DNA of 63,006 nt, filler included, from Octopus bimaculoides (GCF_001194135.2; 5 parts of 4 records of this genome joined end to end with filler, not necessarily neighbours in it), one strand, 5' to 3'. Numbered from the whole stretch's first letter, positions 1 through 11,869 are shown. Numbers and translations are program-made. The notes: generated by a model from the letters alone, not told the origin.

Positions 1-624
1 CTCGTTACCTCCAACGATGTCCCACCAACACACACAAACCCCACTTTTCAACATCTATTCATTCGAACATCTATTAATTCCCTCTCCTTCTTTACTATTA
101 CTTTCACATTCTCCTCCCACTCTTTTCCTCCCTCACATTTTCTCTCGTTGTCTCACTTCCATATTTTTCTCTCTATCCCCCTTTTTTTTTATCTCTTTCA
201 CCCCACCTCAATCTTACCCTATTGCTAATGTTACCACTCAACATTTCACTTCCTTCTATTTCAATGAACGAACCTCCGTCCTCATCTACATTCTACCTCT
301 GTCTCCTCCCTCTTCACTTCTGCATTTCACTATGTCCATCAACAAAGTCCAACCCATTTGTTGGCAACAGCTGCTTTACGACAACGTGATGTGTTTGTAT
401 AAAATAAGAGAGAGAGGGGGGAGGAAAGGGGGAGAATGGCGGAAGAAATAGGTCTAGGTGATGAGTAGCAAAACAGAGGCCGTGAGTGAAGGAAAAGCGT
501 GTGTGTTAAAGAAAGAGTTGCTGTTCTGATAACAGTTAAGTCCCAGTTCGAGCTGAGTAGTGATCAAAGGTAATCCAATTACGACCATCATGTATATGTA
601 TCAGGCATTACAGCAACGGAAAAT

Positions 625-881
<257 letters not shown>

Positions 882-1764
882 TCATCANNNNNNNNNNNNN
901 NNNNNNNNNNNNNNNNNNNNNNNNNNNNNNNNNNNNNNNNNNNNNNNNNNNNNNNNNNNNNNNNNNNNNNNNNNNNNNNNNNNNNNNNNNNNNNNNNNNN
1001 NNNNNNNNNNNNNNNNNNNNNNNNNNNNNNNNNNNNNNNNNNNNNNNNNNNNNNNNNNNNNNNNNNNNNNNNNNNNNNNNNNNNNNNNNNNNNNNNNNNN
1101 NNNNNNNNNNNNNNNNNNNNNNNNNNNNNNNNNNNNNNNNNNNNNNNNNNNNNNNNNNNNNNNNNNNNNNNNNNNNNNNNNNNNNNNNNNNNNNNNNNNN
1201 NNNNNNNNNNNNNNNNNNNNNNNNNNNNNNNNNNNNNNNNNNNNNNNNNNNNNNNNNNNNNNNNNNNNNNNNNNNNNNNNNNNNNNNNNNNNNNNNNNNN
1301 NNNNNNNNNNNNNNNNNNNNNNNNNNNNNNNNNNNNNNNNNNNNNNNNNNNNNNNNNNNNNNNNNNNNNNNNNNNNNNNNNNNNNNNNNNNNNNNNNNNN
1401 NNNNNNNNNNNNNNNNNNNNNNNNNNNNNNNNNNNNNNNNNNNNNNNNNNNNNNNNNNNNNNNNNNNNNNNNNNNNNNNNNNNNNNNNNNNNNNNNNNNN
1501 NNNNNNNNNNNNNNNNNNNNNNNNNNNNNNNNNNNNNNNNNNNNNNNNNNNNNNNNNNNNNNNNNNNNNNNNNNNNNNNNNNNNNNNNNNNNNNNNNNNN
1601 NNNNNNNNNNNNNNNNNNNNNNNNNNNNNNNNNNNNNNNNNNNNNNNNNNNNNNNNNNNNNNNNNNNNNNNNNNNNNNNNNNNNNNNNNNNNNNNNNNNN
1701 NNNNNNNNNNNNNNNNNNNNNNNNNNNNNNNNNNNNNNNNNNNNNNNNNNNNNNNNNNNNNNGG

Positions 1765-1910
1765 CATAAGCGACCGATAGCATAAGTACCAGGCTTACGA
1801 AGAATAAGTCCTGGGGTCGATTTGCTCGACTAAAGGCGGTGCTCCAGCATGGCCGCAGTCAAATGACTGAAACAAGTAAAAGAGTAAAAGAGTAAAAGAG
1901 TAAAGTAAAA
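1765..1910 (+). mobile_element. SINE family A, 3' half with (AAGAGTA)n tail; probably the same copy as 625-830 across the gap
   Basis: gaccgatagcataagtacc...ggcggtgctccagcatggccgcagtcaaatgactgaaacaagtaaaagagtaaaagagta matches the 3' ends at 41780-41915 and 11870-11950 (-). Confidence 0.8.
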
Positions 1911-2019
1911 CATACAAATCTGCACAGCTCATATACGTACATACACACATACATGCATACATACACACATACATGCATACATACATACATACATACATAT
2001 ATACATACATACATACATA

Positions 2020-2150
2020 CATACAAAAATACCCTGCTGTTGATGTTGAAATTCCAATGAAAGAAGCTAGGATCTAGGTTAGAAACCGGTTCTTTCGCTA
2101 TTGAAAAGAAATATTGAAATAAACTGAATAACAAATTAACAACAGGCTGG
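2020..2150 (+). mobile_element. Probable PLE pseudo-LTR fragment with a degenerate hammerhead-like fold
   Basis: gaaa-tt-CCAATGA-aag-aagctag-gat-ctaggtt-a-GAAACCGGTT-c-tttc: stem II hairpin, GAAA and palindromic stem III (AACCGGTT), but the core deviates from CUGANGA. Flanked by (CATA)n. Confidence 0.35.
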
Positions 2151-2463
2151 AGATTTGCAATCAATATATTATTTAACTACATCTGTATGCGTGTAGGTTC
2201 ATTTTTGATAACATGCTCATCTATTATTTTTAAAAAAAGAAAGAAAGTGGGGGAAAAAAAAGGAACTGCACATATAATACATAACTTAGAAGCAGCGCTG
2301 CAGATGTGCCAACACATACGAGCTTGAGACATGGTCGCTCATACACTTCTGATGAAGAATTCCGGAAGGAGCTTCGTGAGACTACTGCAGAGATGCTTCT
2401 GGAAAAAAAAAATCAGTAAGCGTTGGAAAACCGATTGTAGCAGTGACTGGAACAATTCCTAGC

Positions 2464-2511
2464 GATATCTGAAGAAGGAATTTTTGCATTCCGAAATATT
2501 ATTATCATATC
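2464..2511 (+). ncRNA. Minimal type I hammerhead ribozyme with intact core; predicted cleavage after C2506
   Basis: GATAT CTGAAGA A GGAAT-TTTTGC-ATTCC GAA ATA-TTAT-TAT C ATATC. Stem I is 5 bp, stem II is 5 bp, stem III is 3 bp; all conserved core nucleotides and an AUC triplet are present. Confidence 0.75.
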
Positions 2512-2609
2512 AGACTATGGATAATTAAATTATAACGGGTATTATAGTTCATTGTTGTTGTTATAGTGCATTGTTGTGCCATTGAAGACATTATATTTTA
2601 CAAACTGAA

Positions 2610-2812
2610 TAATCTTTTCTACACTAGGCACAAGGCCCGAAATTTTGGGGGGAGACAGCCAGTCGATTAGATCGACCCCAGTACGCAACTAGTAGTTAAT
2701 TTATTGACCCCGAAAGGATGAAAGGCAAAGTCGACCTCGGTGTAATTTGAACTCAGAACGTAAAAACAAACGAAATACCGTTAAGCATTTCTCCCGGCGT
2801 GCTAACGTTTCT
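2610..2812 (-). mobile_element. SINE family B (tRNA head plus conserved central domain CTTTCATCCTTTCGGGGTCGATAAA)
   Basis: Reverse complement reads agaaacgttagcacgccgggagaaatgc...gttctgagttcaaattacaccgaggtcgactttgcctttcatcctttcggggtc...ccttgtgcctagtgtagaaaagattatt. Confidence 0.85.
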
Positions 2813-2814
2813 TA

Positions 2815-3022
2815 TCTTTTTATTGCCCACAGAGGGGAAAAACAAGGACAGACAAACGGATTTAGTCAATTATATCGAACCCAGTGCGTAACTGGTACTT
2901 AATTTATCGACCCCGAAAGGATGAAAGGCTAAGTGGACCTCAGCGGAATTTTAACTCAGAACGTAAGAAAGACCGCTAAGCATTTCACCCGGCGTGCTAA
3001 CGTTTCTGCCAGCTCACCGCCT
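2815..3022 (-). mobile_element. SINE family B copy with an alternative 3' tail, in tandem with 2610-2812
   Basis: Same head and central domain (ggcggtgagctggcagaaacgttagcacgccggg...); the tail differs (ctgtgggcaataaaaaga). Confidence 0.85.
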
Positions 3023-3344
3023 TGCACACATATAGTATATACATATTCGATGATAGTATTGAAGAAGTTGTAGTAGAGAATACCAGTTGTCCTATTAGCA
3101 ATAGTGGATGATTATTTCCAGACGTCGAAGGTTTAATTTATTTATTGCTTTGCGCTGCTTCGCTGAATCTATGAATGAACCAATCAAAGGATTTAGAGTT
3201 GCGTGAATGTGTTGGATGAGAAATGAAATGAGAAGAGACTATTTCCTAAGACACCTGGCTTGGTTTAACTCTCTATGATTGGTGAGGAATGGAGCACATA
3301 TGTTGCCGGATATAGCGTAGTACTGGTGGAGCTTTAAGTGCCAT

Positions 3345-3605
3345 ACATGTGGCTGTGTGGTAAGAGGTTTGCTCCCCAACAATATAGTTCTGGACAAATG
3401 TTTTCCACTATAGTCTCAGAGCAACCAAAACCTTGTGAGTGGATTTGACTGACGGAAACCCGTGTGTGTGCATCTGTGTTTGTATCTCACCCCTACCACC
3501 GCTTGACATCCGGTTTTGGTGTGTTTACGTCCGCGTAACTTAGCGTTTGGCAACAGATACTGATAGAATCTAAGTCTAATGGCTGAAACAAGTAAAATCT
3601 TAAAA
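3345..3605 (+). mobile_element. SINE family A, diverged copy
   Basis: gtggctgtgtggtaagaggtttgctcccc...ccttgtgagtggattt...gtaacttagcgtttggc...gaaacaagtaaaa. Confidence 0.8.
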
Positions 3606-3811
3606 GTAAGTCCAATCAAGGAATATAAAGAGTATCCTCAAATCAAAAGCATTTCTTTGAACGCTTGCAACTGCTCCTTGTGTACGTTTAGCGGTGCGCA
3701 AGGACCAGGTCGTGGTGTTAAACCGATAGACGAGTTAAATCTATCACTAAAAAACGCAAAACTCAAAGCGGAAGGCATCTCACTCAACATTTTAAAAATC
3801 CGAAAGCATAG

Positions 3812-3948
3812 GCATGGTTGCGTGGCAAGAAGTTTGCTTCCCAACCACATGTTTCCGGATTCAGTCCAAATGTCTTGTACTATAGCCTCGGACTGAGCAA
3901 AGCCTTGTGAGTGGATTTGTTGGATAAAAATTGAAAGAAGCATGTAGT

Positions 3949-4016
<68 letters not shown>

Positions 4017-4160
4017 ACGTGTGTCTTTTTTTGTGTTTGTCCACCACTACTGCCTGAAAATTGGTATTTGTTTGTTTAGGTCCCCGTACCTAAGCGGTTC
4101 GGCAAAACAACCTCTAGAATAGGCATCAGGCTAAAAAGAAAAAAGAAAAGTACTGGCAGC
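3812..4160 (+). mobile_element. SINE family A with internal (CA)n
   Basis: gttgcgtggcaagaagtttgcttcccaaccacatgtttccggattcagtcc...gtccccgtacctaagcggttcggc. Confidence 0.8.
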
Positions 4161-4318
4161 AGTCTAATGATTCTGCCAGCTCGCCGCCCTGGAACGAAAT
4201 ATTATCCTGCGGGAGAAACACTGTAAGAACACGAAGACTTCATCGATGAATCAATGCTTTACCTGTTATGTGACAGATTAGATTATGGTATGCATGATTG
4301 TTATTGGCAACATATATA

Positions 4319-4668
4319 CCCTATTTTAACGTGTATAAGAAACCTTTTTAGTCACCGTTGTGTCGACGCCCCCAGGCAAAGAAGTAGGATCTCCCAAGAC
4401 ATATAAATAGAGGTAGTCTGGCCGTGGTAGGAGTGTTGAGTAGAAGTGGAGTAGCAGTTGTGTAGCGGTTGAGTTGAGATCATCCGAAGGTGCTAGCTAG
4501 CACTAGCGTTGAGACATAACAGTCACCAATTAGGGTTAAAAAATATGGGAGTTTCTTATACATGGATAATATTATAATCCCTTACAAAACCTTGTTTCCA
4601 AATTTAACCACCCCACCAAATTAGGGGGTTCTTTATACACGAGGGTTCTTATACACGTTAAAATACAG
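4319..4668. mobile_element. Non-autonomous Tc1/mariner-superfamily (pogo/Tigger-like) MITE with TA TSD
   Basis: TA|CCCTATTTTAACGTGTATAAGAA ... TTCTTATACACGTTAAAATACAG|TA: 23-bp TIRs with 2 mismatches, TA on both sides. Confidence 0.8.
4356..4521 (+). mobile_element. Solo LTR (166 bp) nested in the MITE, 5-bp TSD GTCAC
   Basis: GTCAC|cgttgtgtc ... gacataaca|GTCAC. The termini are an imperfect inverted repeat (ancestral TG...CA) and there is a TATA-like atataaatag at ~4400. Confidence 0.7.
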
Positions 4669-5000
4669 TACATCCTTGTGTGTGTATCAGCGTGTAGATA
4701 ATCTAATGTCATTACTTACAAGCGTCTGTTTTGTACGTATGTGGACAATATGTTTGACTGTTTATTATAAACGTATGTGTGCGTGCGTGTTTGCAGATGT
4801 GTGTGTGTGAGAGAGATAGAGAGAGTGAGAGAAAGAGAGAGAGTGACAGTCAGACAGACAGAGTGTGTGTGTCTGTGTGTATGCGCGCGCGAGCACGTTT
4901 GTATATGTGTATGTGTGGTTAATGCTTGTTGCGTGTTCATGCTTGCATTTGTCCGAGTGATTGAAGACCAGCCAGACGTTGTATATGTATATGGAAGTTT

Positions 5001-5041
<41 letters not shown>

Positions 5042-5291
5042 GGAGAGGGAGTGAGAGAGAGAAAGTGAGACAGTGGGAGAGAGTGCGAGAGAAAGGGGGA
5101 GCGAATAGAATGAGAAAACAAGAAGCTGGCTAATTAATTTGATAGATAATTCACTGGCTAGATCGATAGATAGACTGAAAGAAGAAACTTTTCGAGACAG
5201 ATACAAAGGAAAGAAGTCAGAAAGAAAACGAAATGAAGAATATTTATATATAAATACACACACACACACACACACACACACNNNNNNNNNN

Positions 5292-5340
<49 letters not shown>

Positions 5341-5375
5341 TAACGAGTGTGAGTGAGTGTGTATGTGTGTATGTG

Positions 5376-5426
<51 letters not shown>

Positions 5427-6562
5427 GAACTAGCAAGCTACCTAGATTGATAGATAGATTGATAGATAGATAGATAGATAGGAATGTGTGAGAGAAAATA
5501 TTAGTAGATTGAAGAAGCGAGCTAAGTAGATAGAATGATAGACAGACAAACAAACAGATATAATAATATAGATAATCAGACAGATTAATATGTAGACAAA
5601 CTGAAAGCAGATGAATGGATGAGCGGATATATATATATACATACATGCATACATACATACATACATACATACATANNNNNNNNNNNNNNNNNNNNNNNNN
5701 NNNNNNNATATATAAAGTGAGAGCGTGAAAGAGAGAGATACATAGATAGATAATTCGATAGTTAGATAGACAGGTATCCGGAGAAAGAAAAAGATATATA
5801 GAGAGAGAGACAGAGAGGGAAGAGAGAGGGAGAAGGAAAGAGAGAGGGAAAGAGAATAAACCCGTTTCCTGTCAAAGATTAAAAGATCTGTGAAGAAATC
5901 TAGAACGATTATTTCGTTTGAAGTATAGCTTAATGACGACCTAAAAATATATTGACTCTGATAGAGACACACTTAACAAAACGTGTGATTAACATCGGAT
6001 TAAATTGGTGTCACCTCTTATTATGGGGAGTTATTTGATGCCATTTATTGTCCAAGTTGTTTTTTTGCGTCTTAGTCGGAGGAAGAAGGGCAACGTAGAG
6101 TGCATGAACTTCGCTGACCAGATTCTGAGACTGTTGTTGGACTGTGTGTGTATGTGTGTGTGTATGCGTGTGTATGTGTGTAGAGGATAGAGGTAACTAG
6201 CTTTCATGGTTTACGGGTAGTAGGAAGTAATAAAATATTAAGTTTTTGCGCTTTCCCATCATTAGCCATGCGTACAGACGTCGACTATCATGGACAATCA
6301 TACAAAAGTCTGAAAATTCTTGCTTTTTCGTGGGAAAGTTATAGCAGTGTTTTTCTGTTGAATTCTGCGAGCTTATTTGCAGTTTATTCTGTTAGTCTCC
6401 AGCTCACTGAGCTTGTCTCTAAACACAGGATGTTCTTAACTCTTATGCAGGATAATGTTTTACAATACATGAGGGACGGTGTGGCCCGTTTCTAGGGCCT
6501 AAGCCTCCTGCGAACCCTGTATACTTTGGCCACTCGACTATCTTCTACAATTTGACCAATAA

Positions 6563-7452
6563 CACTGGTCAACAAAATAAAACTTTTATTTTCTGGCATA
6601 AAATCTTAGAACTGTTTTAGACTAAAATTGTTGGTGCTGATTCTAAAACTGACATCAGATTTGCTCTATCATATCACATTTTTGTGCCATAAGTATATAC
6701 CTTTATTCACCTGGTTCATACCAAAAGTTAATTTAACACCACTATTTACGGGAATTTTGCCTGGATTGTCGTGCTAATTTTGAGTAATATGTTCAAGCTG
6801 AGTTTCGCTTTCAAACCGTTCCTCTTCTTTTCAGGTGTGAACTGAACCATTGTGATCTAGTCATGGATACAACATTAAAAAGAAGGACATGCTGCAATGA
6901 CCTCGATATCTTCTGTTACATCTGTGAAAACTTCATTCCACAGGCTCAAATGCACGGCATTAATAATTTTGTCGAGAAGTAGCACTTGGAGACCATGACG
7001 AAACTTGGGCTCCCCACAAAGTTTGCAAAAACCTGTGTTGAAACTTTGGTGTAATGAAGTAAATAATCAAAGCTCTTGATCTCAGTGGAGTCTGCTTCAG
7101 TTGTATACGTACAACCTTTCCAAGTCTCAGTGACGAGAAGGCAGGAATATTTGATGGACCTCAAATAAGAACACTCCTCAGGGATCCAGATTTCCTTACA
7201 AGAACGAATGCGGCTGAGGTTGGATCTTGGAATGCCTTCTCTGATGTGATGCTGCTTTCCTTTGGAACAGGAAAGCTGACAACTATCAAGGAATTCTGAA
7301 GGAACTGCTCTTGAGATTGCAAGCACTTGGATGCAGAATGAACATTAAATTGCACTACTTACACAGTCACTTGCGTGAGTTTCCAGAGAACCTGGATAAT
7401 GTTAGAGAAGAACAAGGTGAACTCGTTCATCAAGACATAAAAGTAATGGAAT
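6563..7452 (+). mobile_element. Internally deleted Chapaev3-like (CMC superfamily) DNA transposon relic; 3' end not found
   Basis: Starts TAA|CACTGGTCAACAAAA. Broken frames give RRTCCNDLDIFCYICENF, LGDHDETWAPHKVCK, AGIFDGPQIRTLL and MNIKLHYLHSHLREFPENLDNVREEQGELVHQDIKVME. These motifs, the CAC terminus and the TWA flank fit Chapaev3 (from memory). Confidence 0.7.
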
Positions 7453-7873
7453 TAATGTTGTTCCTTGACTAGAACAGAATTGAATTCGCTATAGTCAGTA
7501 GAGTGTACGTTGCTGGGGAACCTATGACACATGTATTAGCAGTGTAACATTATACATGTTATTAAGTGATGAATTTTGGAAAAATTGCAATCAATTGTGG
7601 GATAAACATTTTCCTACTGTTTCAGGTTTTAAAATAGTTTATAATCATTTAGTCAAAACTGGAATATGCATAAGTGTTACTTGTATATATAAGTGACACT
7701 TATAAGATGTTTATTAAAGAAATTAAAATCTACATACATGTCGAGCTTAAAGAATTTACCATCATTAATTTAGTAGATCGAGTGGAAGTATGGTGTGGAA
7801 ATTTTTAAATTGAATGATTGTCTTTCATTTAGATGAAATAATGTAAACACAGAATCAACACGCTAGAACAATA

Positions 7874-8973
7874 CAGGGTTTTGCAGATAAAGTCAGGCCA
7901 ATTTTATGCAGTTGACTTAGTGGCTTAAACATTTCATTTTTTGACAAAACCTTGCTTGAAGATCTAATCCTTTATGTTTGAGGTAAATAGTGAACTGATT
8001 CGAGAACCGAAAGTAATGGAGCAGCAGAATCGTTCCGCCATTGTTGTTTTGGCCCGTGTCGGGCACACTGCCAATAAAATTATTAAATTGACGAAACTTC
8101 CAAAAGCAAAACCCATCCACATTCATGAAAACTTTTGCAAAGAAACGTAATGTGTCCCTTTCTACGGTGTCCAGAGCTGTGAACAGGAACCTTGGCATGA
8201 CTAACTATGTTTGATGACGCCGTCACCTCTTAACAACCAAGGCCAAAGCAATCAGAACCGAAAGATACCCAAAGCCTGTCATTCCTTAAACATTAAGGTG
8301 GAGGGAAAACTCTCGTGTTTGGGGATGAGAAGAAGTTCACTGTGGACGCTGAGGTGAATTACTACTCCTCTGACGTCCTCCATGTGCTTGAGACTAAGAA
8401 TCCTGCCTCTGTGATGGTATTTGGAGCCGTGGTGAGTGATGAAGTTGTTATGGATACACATTTCATTGAGTCTGGCTTGAAGGTCGGCGCAAAGGAGTAT
8501 TTGAACATCCTGAAGAACTCTCTGTTACTTAGATGGAGCAGAAGGTTGGGCTTGACAATGTGGTGCTTATGCAGGATTCTGCGCCGTGCCATGGATCAAA
8601 ACCAACACAGGATTTCGTTGGTGAGACGATTCATTTTTTGTGAGGGCCAATATCTGACCCAGTAATAGCTTAGATCTCAACCTTCTCGATTACATTTTAT
8701 GGGGTGTACTTCAAGTAAAGGTCAGTGCTTTACCGCATTCAAGTATCAACAGTTTGAAGACCTGCATCATGTGTGCGACACGCAAAATAAAAAAGGCAGA
8801 CGTTGCAGCAGCTGCAAAAAAATTTCGTTCTCGTGTGGAAGCAGTAATTACCCAAAAGGGCGGCCATATTGAGTGATAGATGTTACATTAAAATTATGTC
8901 TGGCCATTATTTTAGTATTTATAACCAGTTTTATGCATCGTAAAAATTGTCTCAGTTTATCGGCAAGACCCTA
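7874..8973 (+). mobile_element. Decayed Tc1/mariner transposon of DD37D (maT-like) type with both TIRs
   Basis: TIRs TA|CAGGGTTTTGCAGATAAAG and CTCAGTTTATCGGCAAGACCCTA|TA. Peptides VFGDEKKFTVD, PASVMVFGAVVSD, MQDSAPCHG, SLDLNLLDYILWG and FRSRVEAVITQKGGHIE*; frameshifts and deletions present. Confidence 0.85.
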
Positions 8974-9399
8974 TATAGAGAATATTCTATTTTATTTCCA
9001 TATCTATATAGTGTAGTGGAATGATAAGTACACGAAACGATTGCGGTATTTGGTTATGTATTATTATGTTCTGTATTCAAATGCTGTTCTGGTCAGTTGT
9101 GCTTTTGATTCTTCCCAGGTCGATGAAGTAACGATTGTTCAAGAACTGAAGTCGATATAAAAGTTTATAACCTTGAAGACCTTGCTCCAAAATGGCCGCA
9201 TTTCAACGACTGGAGGGAGTAAACGAAAAATAGAATATCAACAAACACTGAATGTATCTCATAAAATAAATGAGAACTTCTCAATAAATGCACATCTTGA
9301 TTTAAATTGGCTGAGAATAAGAGATCGGTGGATTAAGCAGGAAAGAAGAATGATGGAGGAAACATTACTATATATTTGTTTTGTCTGTTCGTAATGGAA

Positions 9400-10520
9400 A
9401 TCCTCCCGGAATATTGGAAATAAATACCAGTTATATACTCTGGTGTTTATTTCATAGACTAGGCTTATTCTCCTTTATATTATTAATGTCCTTGTATTGG
9501 TTTAACCAATCAATATAGTTGACAATAGAATTAAGATGAAGTGGGAAACTGAAGCGAACGATTTAATGATTTTTGTTGTATTCATTTTATTGCAAGATAG
9601 CCATCTTTGCTGATTGTATCATTTATTGATCTTGTAGGTGAATAATTGTTATCTGAGATCGCAAGTATGTTTTGATATGTGTCACAAATGTAAAGCAACA
9701 ATTGATTCACAGCAATACGCAGTAACAAAAGAATACATTATTTAGAATTTTCCGACAAATAGAAATAGATTACAGACAGCATCTAATATCTCAAAATGCC
9801 ACATGTAAGTTTAACGACTCAGATTCTTTTCACCCTAAATCTAAAATTATTTATTTGATTAGACGGAATTAATGTTCAGTTTGGTCGATGTTGTTATATT
9901 TTGGTTTGTATAGGATTGGTTTGGTAAAGTCTATTTCGGTCTAGCGCTGTCTGCTGTCTTGGATAGAAGTAATTTCCTCTCTTTAAGTCTAGTGTCGTCG
10001 TGTAGCTTGGATTGATGTGGTGTCGTTTGTTTTAATTAAATATCACATTAGGCCCTTCGATAATATTAGTTCCCGCTTCTTAGGTCTAATATTACGTGAC
10101 TTAGATTGATGTAAAAGCGTCAGTCAAGAACTGTCTAGCGACTTGGATAGAATAGACCTCTCTTGAAAAGTGCCTTATGATGGCATAGTGTCTCTTAGTA
10201 ACATAAATTGAAAGGATGCAGCTATTTTCGATTCAAGTGTTTTATGACTGTGTCTTGTGAACTTTTAGATGTTTTGATTTAACTAATTCCCAATACTCTT
10301 GAGGATTAGTTAAAACTAATTTTGATTAGTTATTGATGCTTCTTTATTTCTGTTAATTATAAGGTTTGATGGAAGCTACTTTAAATTGTCGTGTGTAATC
10401 TGAGATTGCATGATGTTAAATGGTTTTGTCTTGCTTAGTTTTGCTTTGTTCAATAATGTATTTCATTTTGTGTGTGTTGATTATTCTGCTAAGATCACTG
10501 ATTTTTGTGTAACATTTATT
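9400..10520 (-). mobile_element. Highly decayed Penelope-like retroelement RT and linker remnant
   Basis: Minus-strand residues resemble RLINP.K (RIINTHK), LYRDD (LHDDT) and IIWFNPPY (IDWLNQY), in the same order as the clearer copy at 23325-24085. Many stops. Confidence 0.5.
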
Positions 10521-11076
10521 TTTCTTCTGTTGCCGACTAGTTTACCATAGAAATTCAAAATGGCTGAATAGGTAACATATTGCGTAGCAAACTCAAAGGT
10601 TCAGAGTTTTAATTTCTGAAATATTTTTGCTTATTTATATTTTGGCACTGTGTCTGAGTTCGACTACCTTTCGGAATATTGGCACTTGGTTGGTTTGTGA
10701 ATATTATAATACAGTGCTACTCCACAGAGACATGTGCTTTTCCCTAGCTTAACTCTACGTAAACAGAATCCAAGATCTGATCCTACATATGGTGGTTTAA
10801 ATATGCTTAGATGACAGTATTTTTTAAGCTATGAGATGCGAGTTCTGGATGCTCTTCTGCATATGTTTTATGTTTTAACCAAGAGAATTTTTCAGCCTGG
10901 ATTTCAAACCAATTTACTGCGTAATTAAGAAATCCTTACTAATAATGATTTCTGATTTGAAATAATCGCTAATGATAACAAAAACTGAGATTTTAAACCT
11001 CAACGTTCTGTTTATCAAAAATATTAAAATGTTTAGATTTTACAAGGTATTCTCAACAACCTCTGTCTAAGTTTTA

Positions 11077-11186
11077 TTCACACAACTTTGAATAAAATTC
11101 ACACAACTTTGAATAAAGTTCACACAACTTTGAATAAAATTCACACAACTTTGAATAAAATTCATACAACTTTTGAATAAAATTCA
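11077..11186. repeat. Minisatellite, 21-bp unit TTCACACAACTTTGAATAAAA x5.2
   Basis: Units start at 11077, 11098, 11119, 11140 and 11161 and are nearly identical. Confidence 0.95.
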
Positions 11187-11489
11187 ATGATAAGCGACAC
11201 TATTTGCAAGTGTATTCAGGTTTTATTTGCGAGTGAATCCAGAGTCAACATAATATCAATTTAACATTACTGCTATTGCTTACAAAACTATAGCACTGTG
11301 TGGTTCTTTTTTGCAGCTAAATAGACTGTGCTTCAGTGTGGTATTACAGTCAGCCTTCACTCACGAGCAAGTACGTCTTGATAACATGCATCATTATTTT
11401 CGCTAATTGTTTTAGAAGACTATATAATCGGGAGTAGATATAGGCACCGCAAGTTTTACCTAGCGGAACAACTGGAAAGAGAGAGAGAG

Positions 11490-11650
11490 CCGCACCAGCG
11501 ATCGACTGATGCTAATTTCCAGCTGAGTAGACTAGAGAAACGTGAAACGAAGTACGTTGATCAAGAATACAACACTTTGCCTCGGTTCAAGAATTGAACC
11601 TATGCTATTACGATCATGAACCGAAAACTCTAACCACCATGTTACGTGCC
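11490..11650 (-). mobile_element. SINE family C (tRNA head plus CORE-like domain), degenerate fragment
   Basis: Reverse complement contains atggtggttagagttttcggttcatgatcgtaatagcataggttcaattcttgaacc (A/B boxes); related to 18022 and 34080-34400. Confidence 0.65.
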
Positions 11651-11869
11651 TTCAGTTATCTACTTGTGGTAGTACAGAATCCCACAATGCTCTAGCATCC
11701 AATTTGTCGACGATTAGATGTTACATTGGTATCTCCGATATAAGCAGTTATATTTTTCTGGATCTTTTATATTTTCATTTTATGTAATTTGGATACATAA
11801 TATCATAGATTCAGCTATAGAAAATTATTTACTTCTTTCCGTCATTCCCTTCTTTTATTTTTTACTTGA

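Noticed and set aside
17-451. 144-aa ORF at the window start
   Set aside because: Low-complexity CT-rich sequence giving an S/L/P/F-biased translation; no domain recognised.
2348-2385. CTGATGA motif upstream of the real hammerhead
   Set aside because: No GAAA or stem III follows; cannot form a hammerhead.
3579-3896. 105-aa ORF with a CxxC-like stretch (and the antisense 126-aa ORF)
   Set aside because: Starts and ends in SINE sequence, has no convincing splice sites and no recognisable domain.
6190-6525. Possible Tc1/mariner MITE ending gcgaaccctg|TA
   Set aside because: No matching left TIR found.
7540-7547. CAGTG|TAA as a possible right end of the Chapaev3-like element
   Set aside because: Only 5 bp match the left terminus and the subterminal sequence does not; not enough support.
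11077-11186. Regularly repeated 21-bp units, superficially CRISPR-like
   Set aside because: No spacers and a eukaryotic context; a plain minisatellite.
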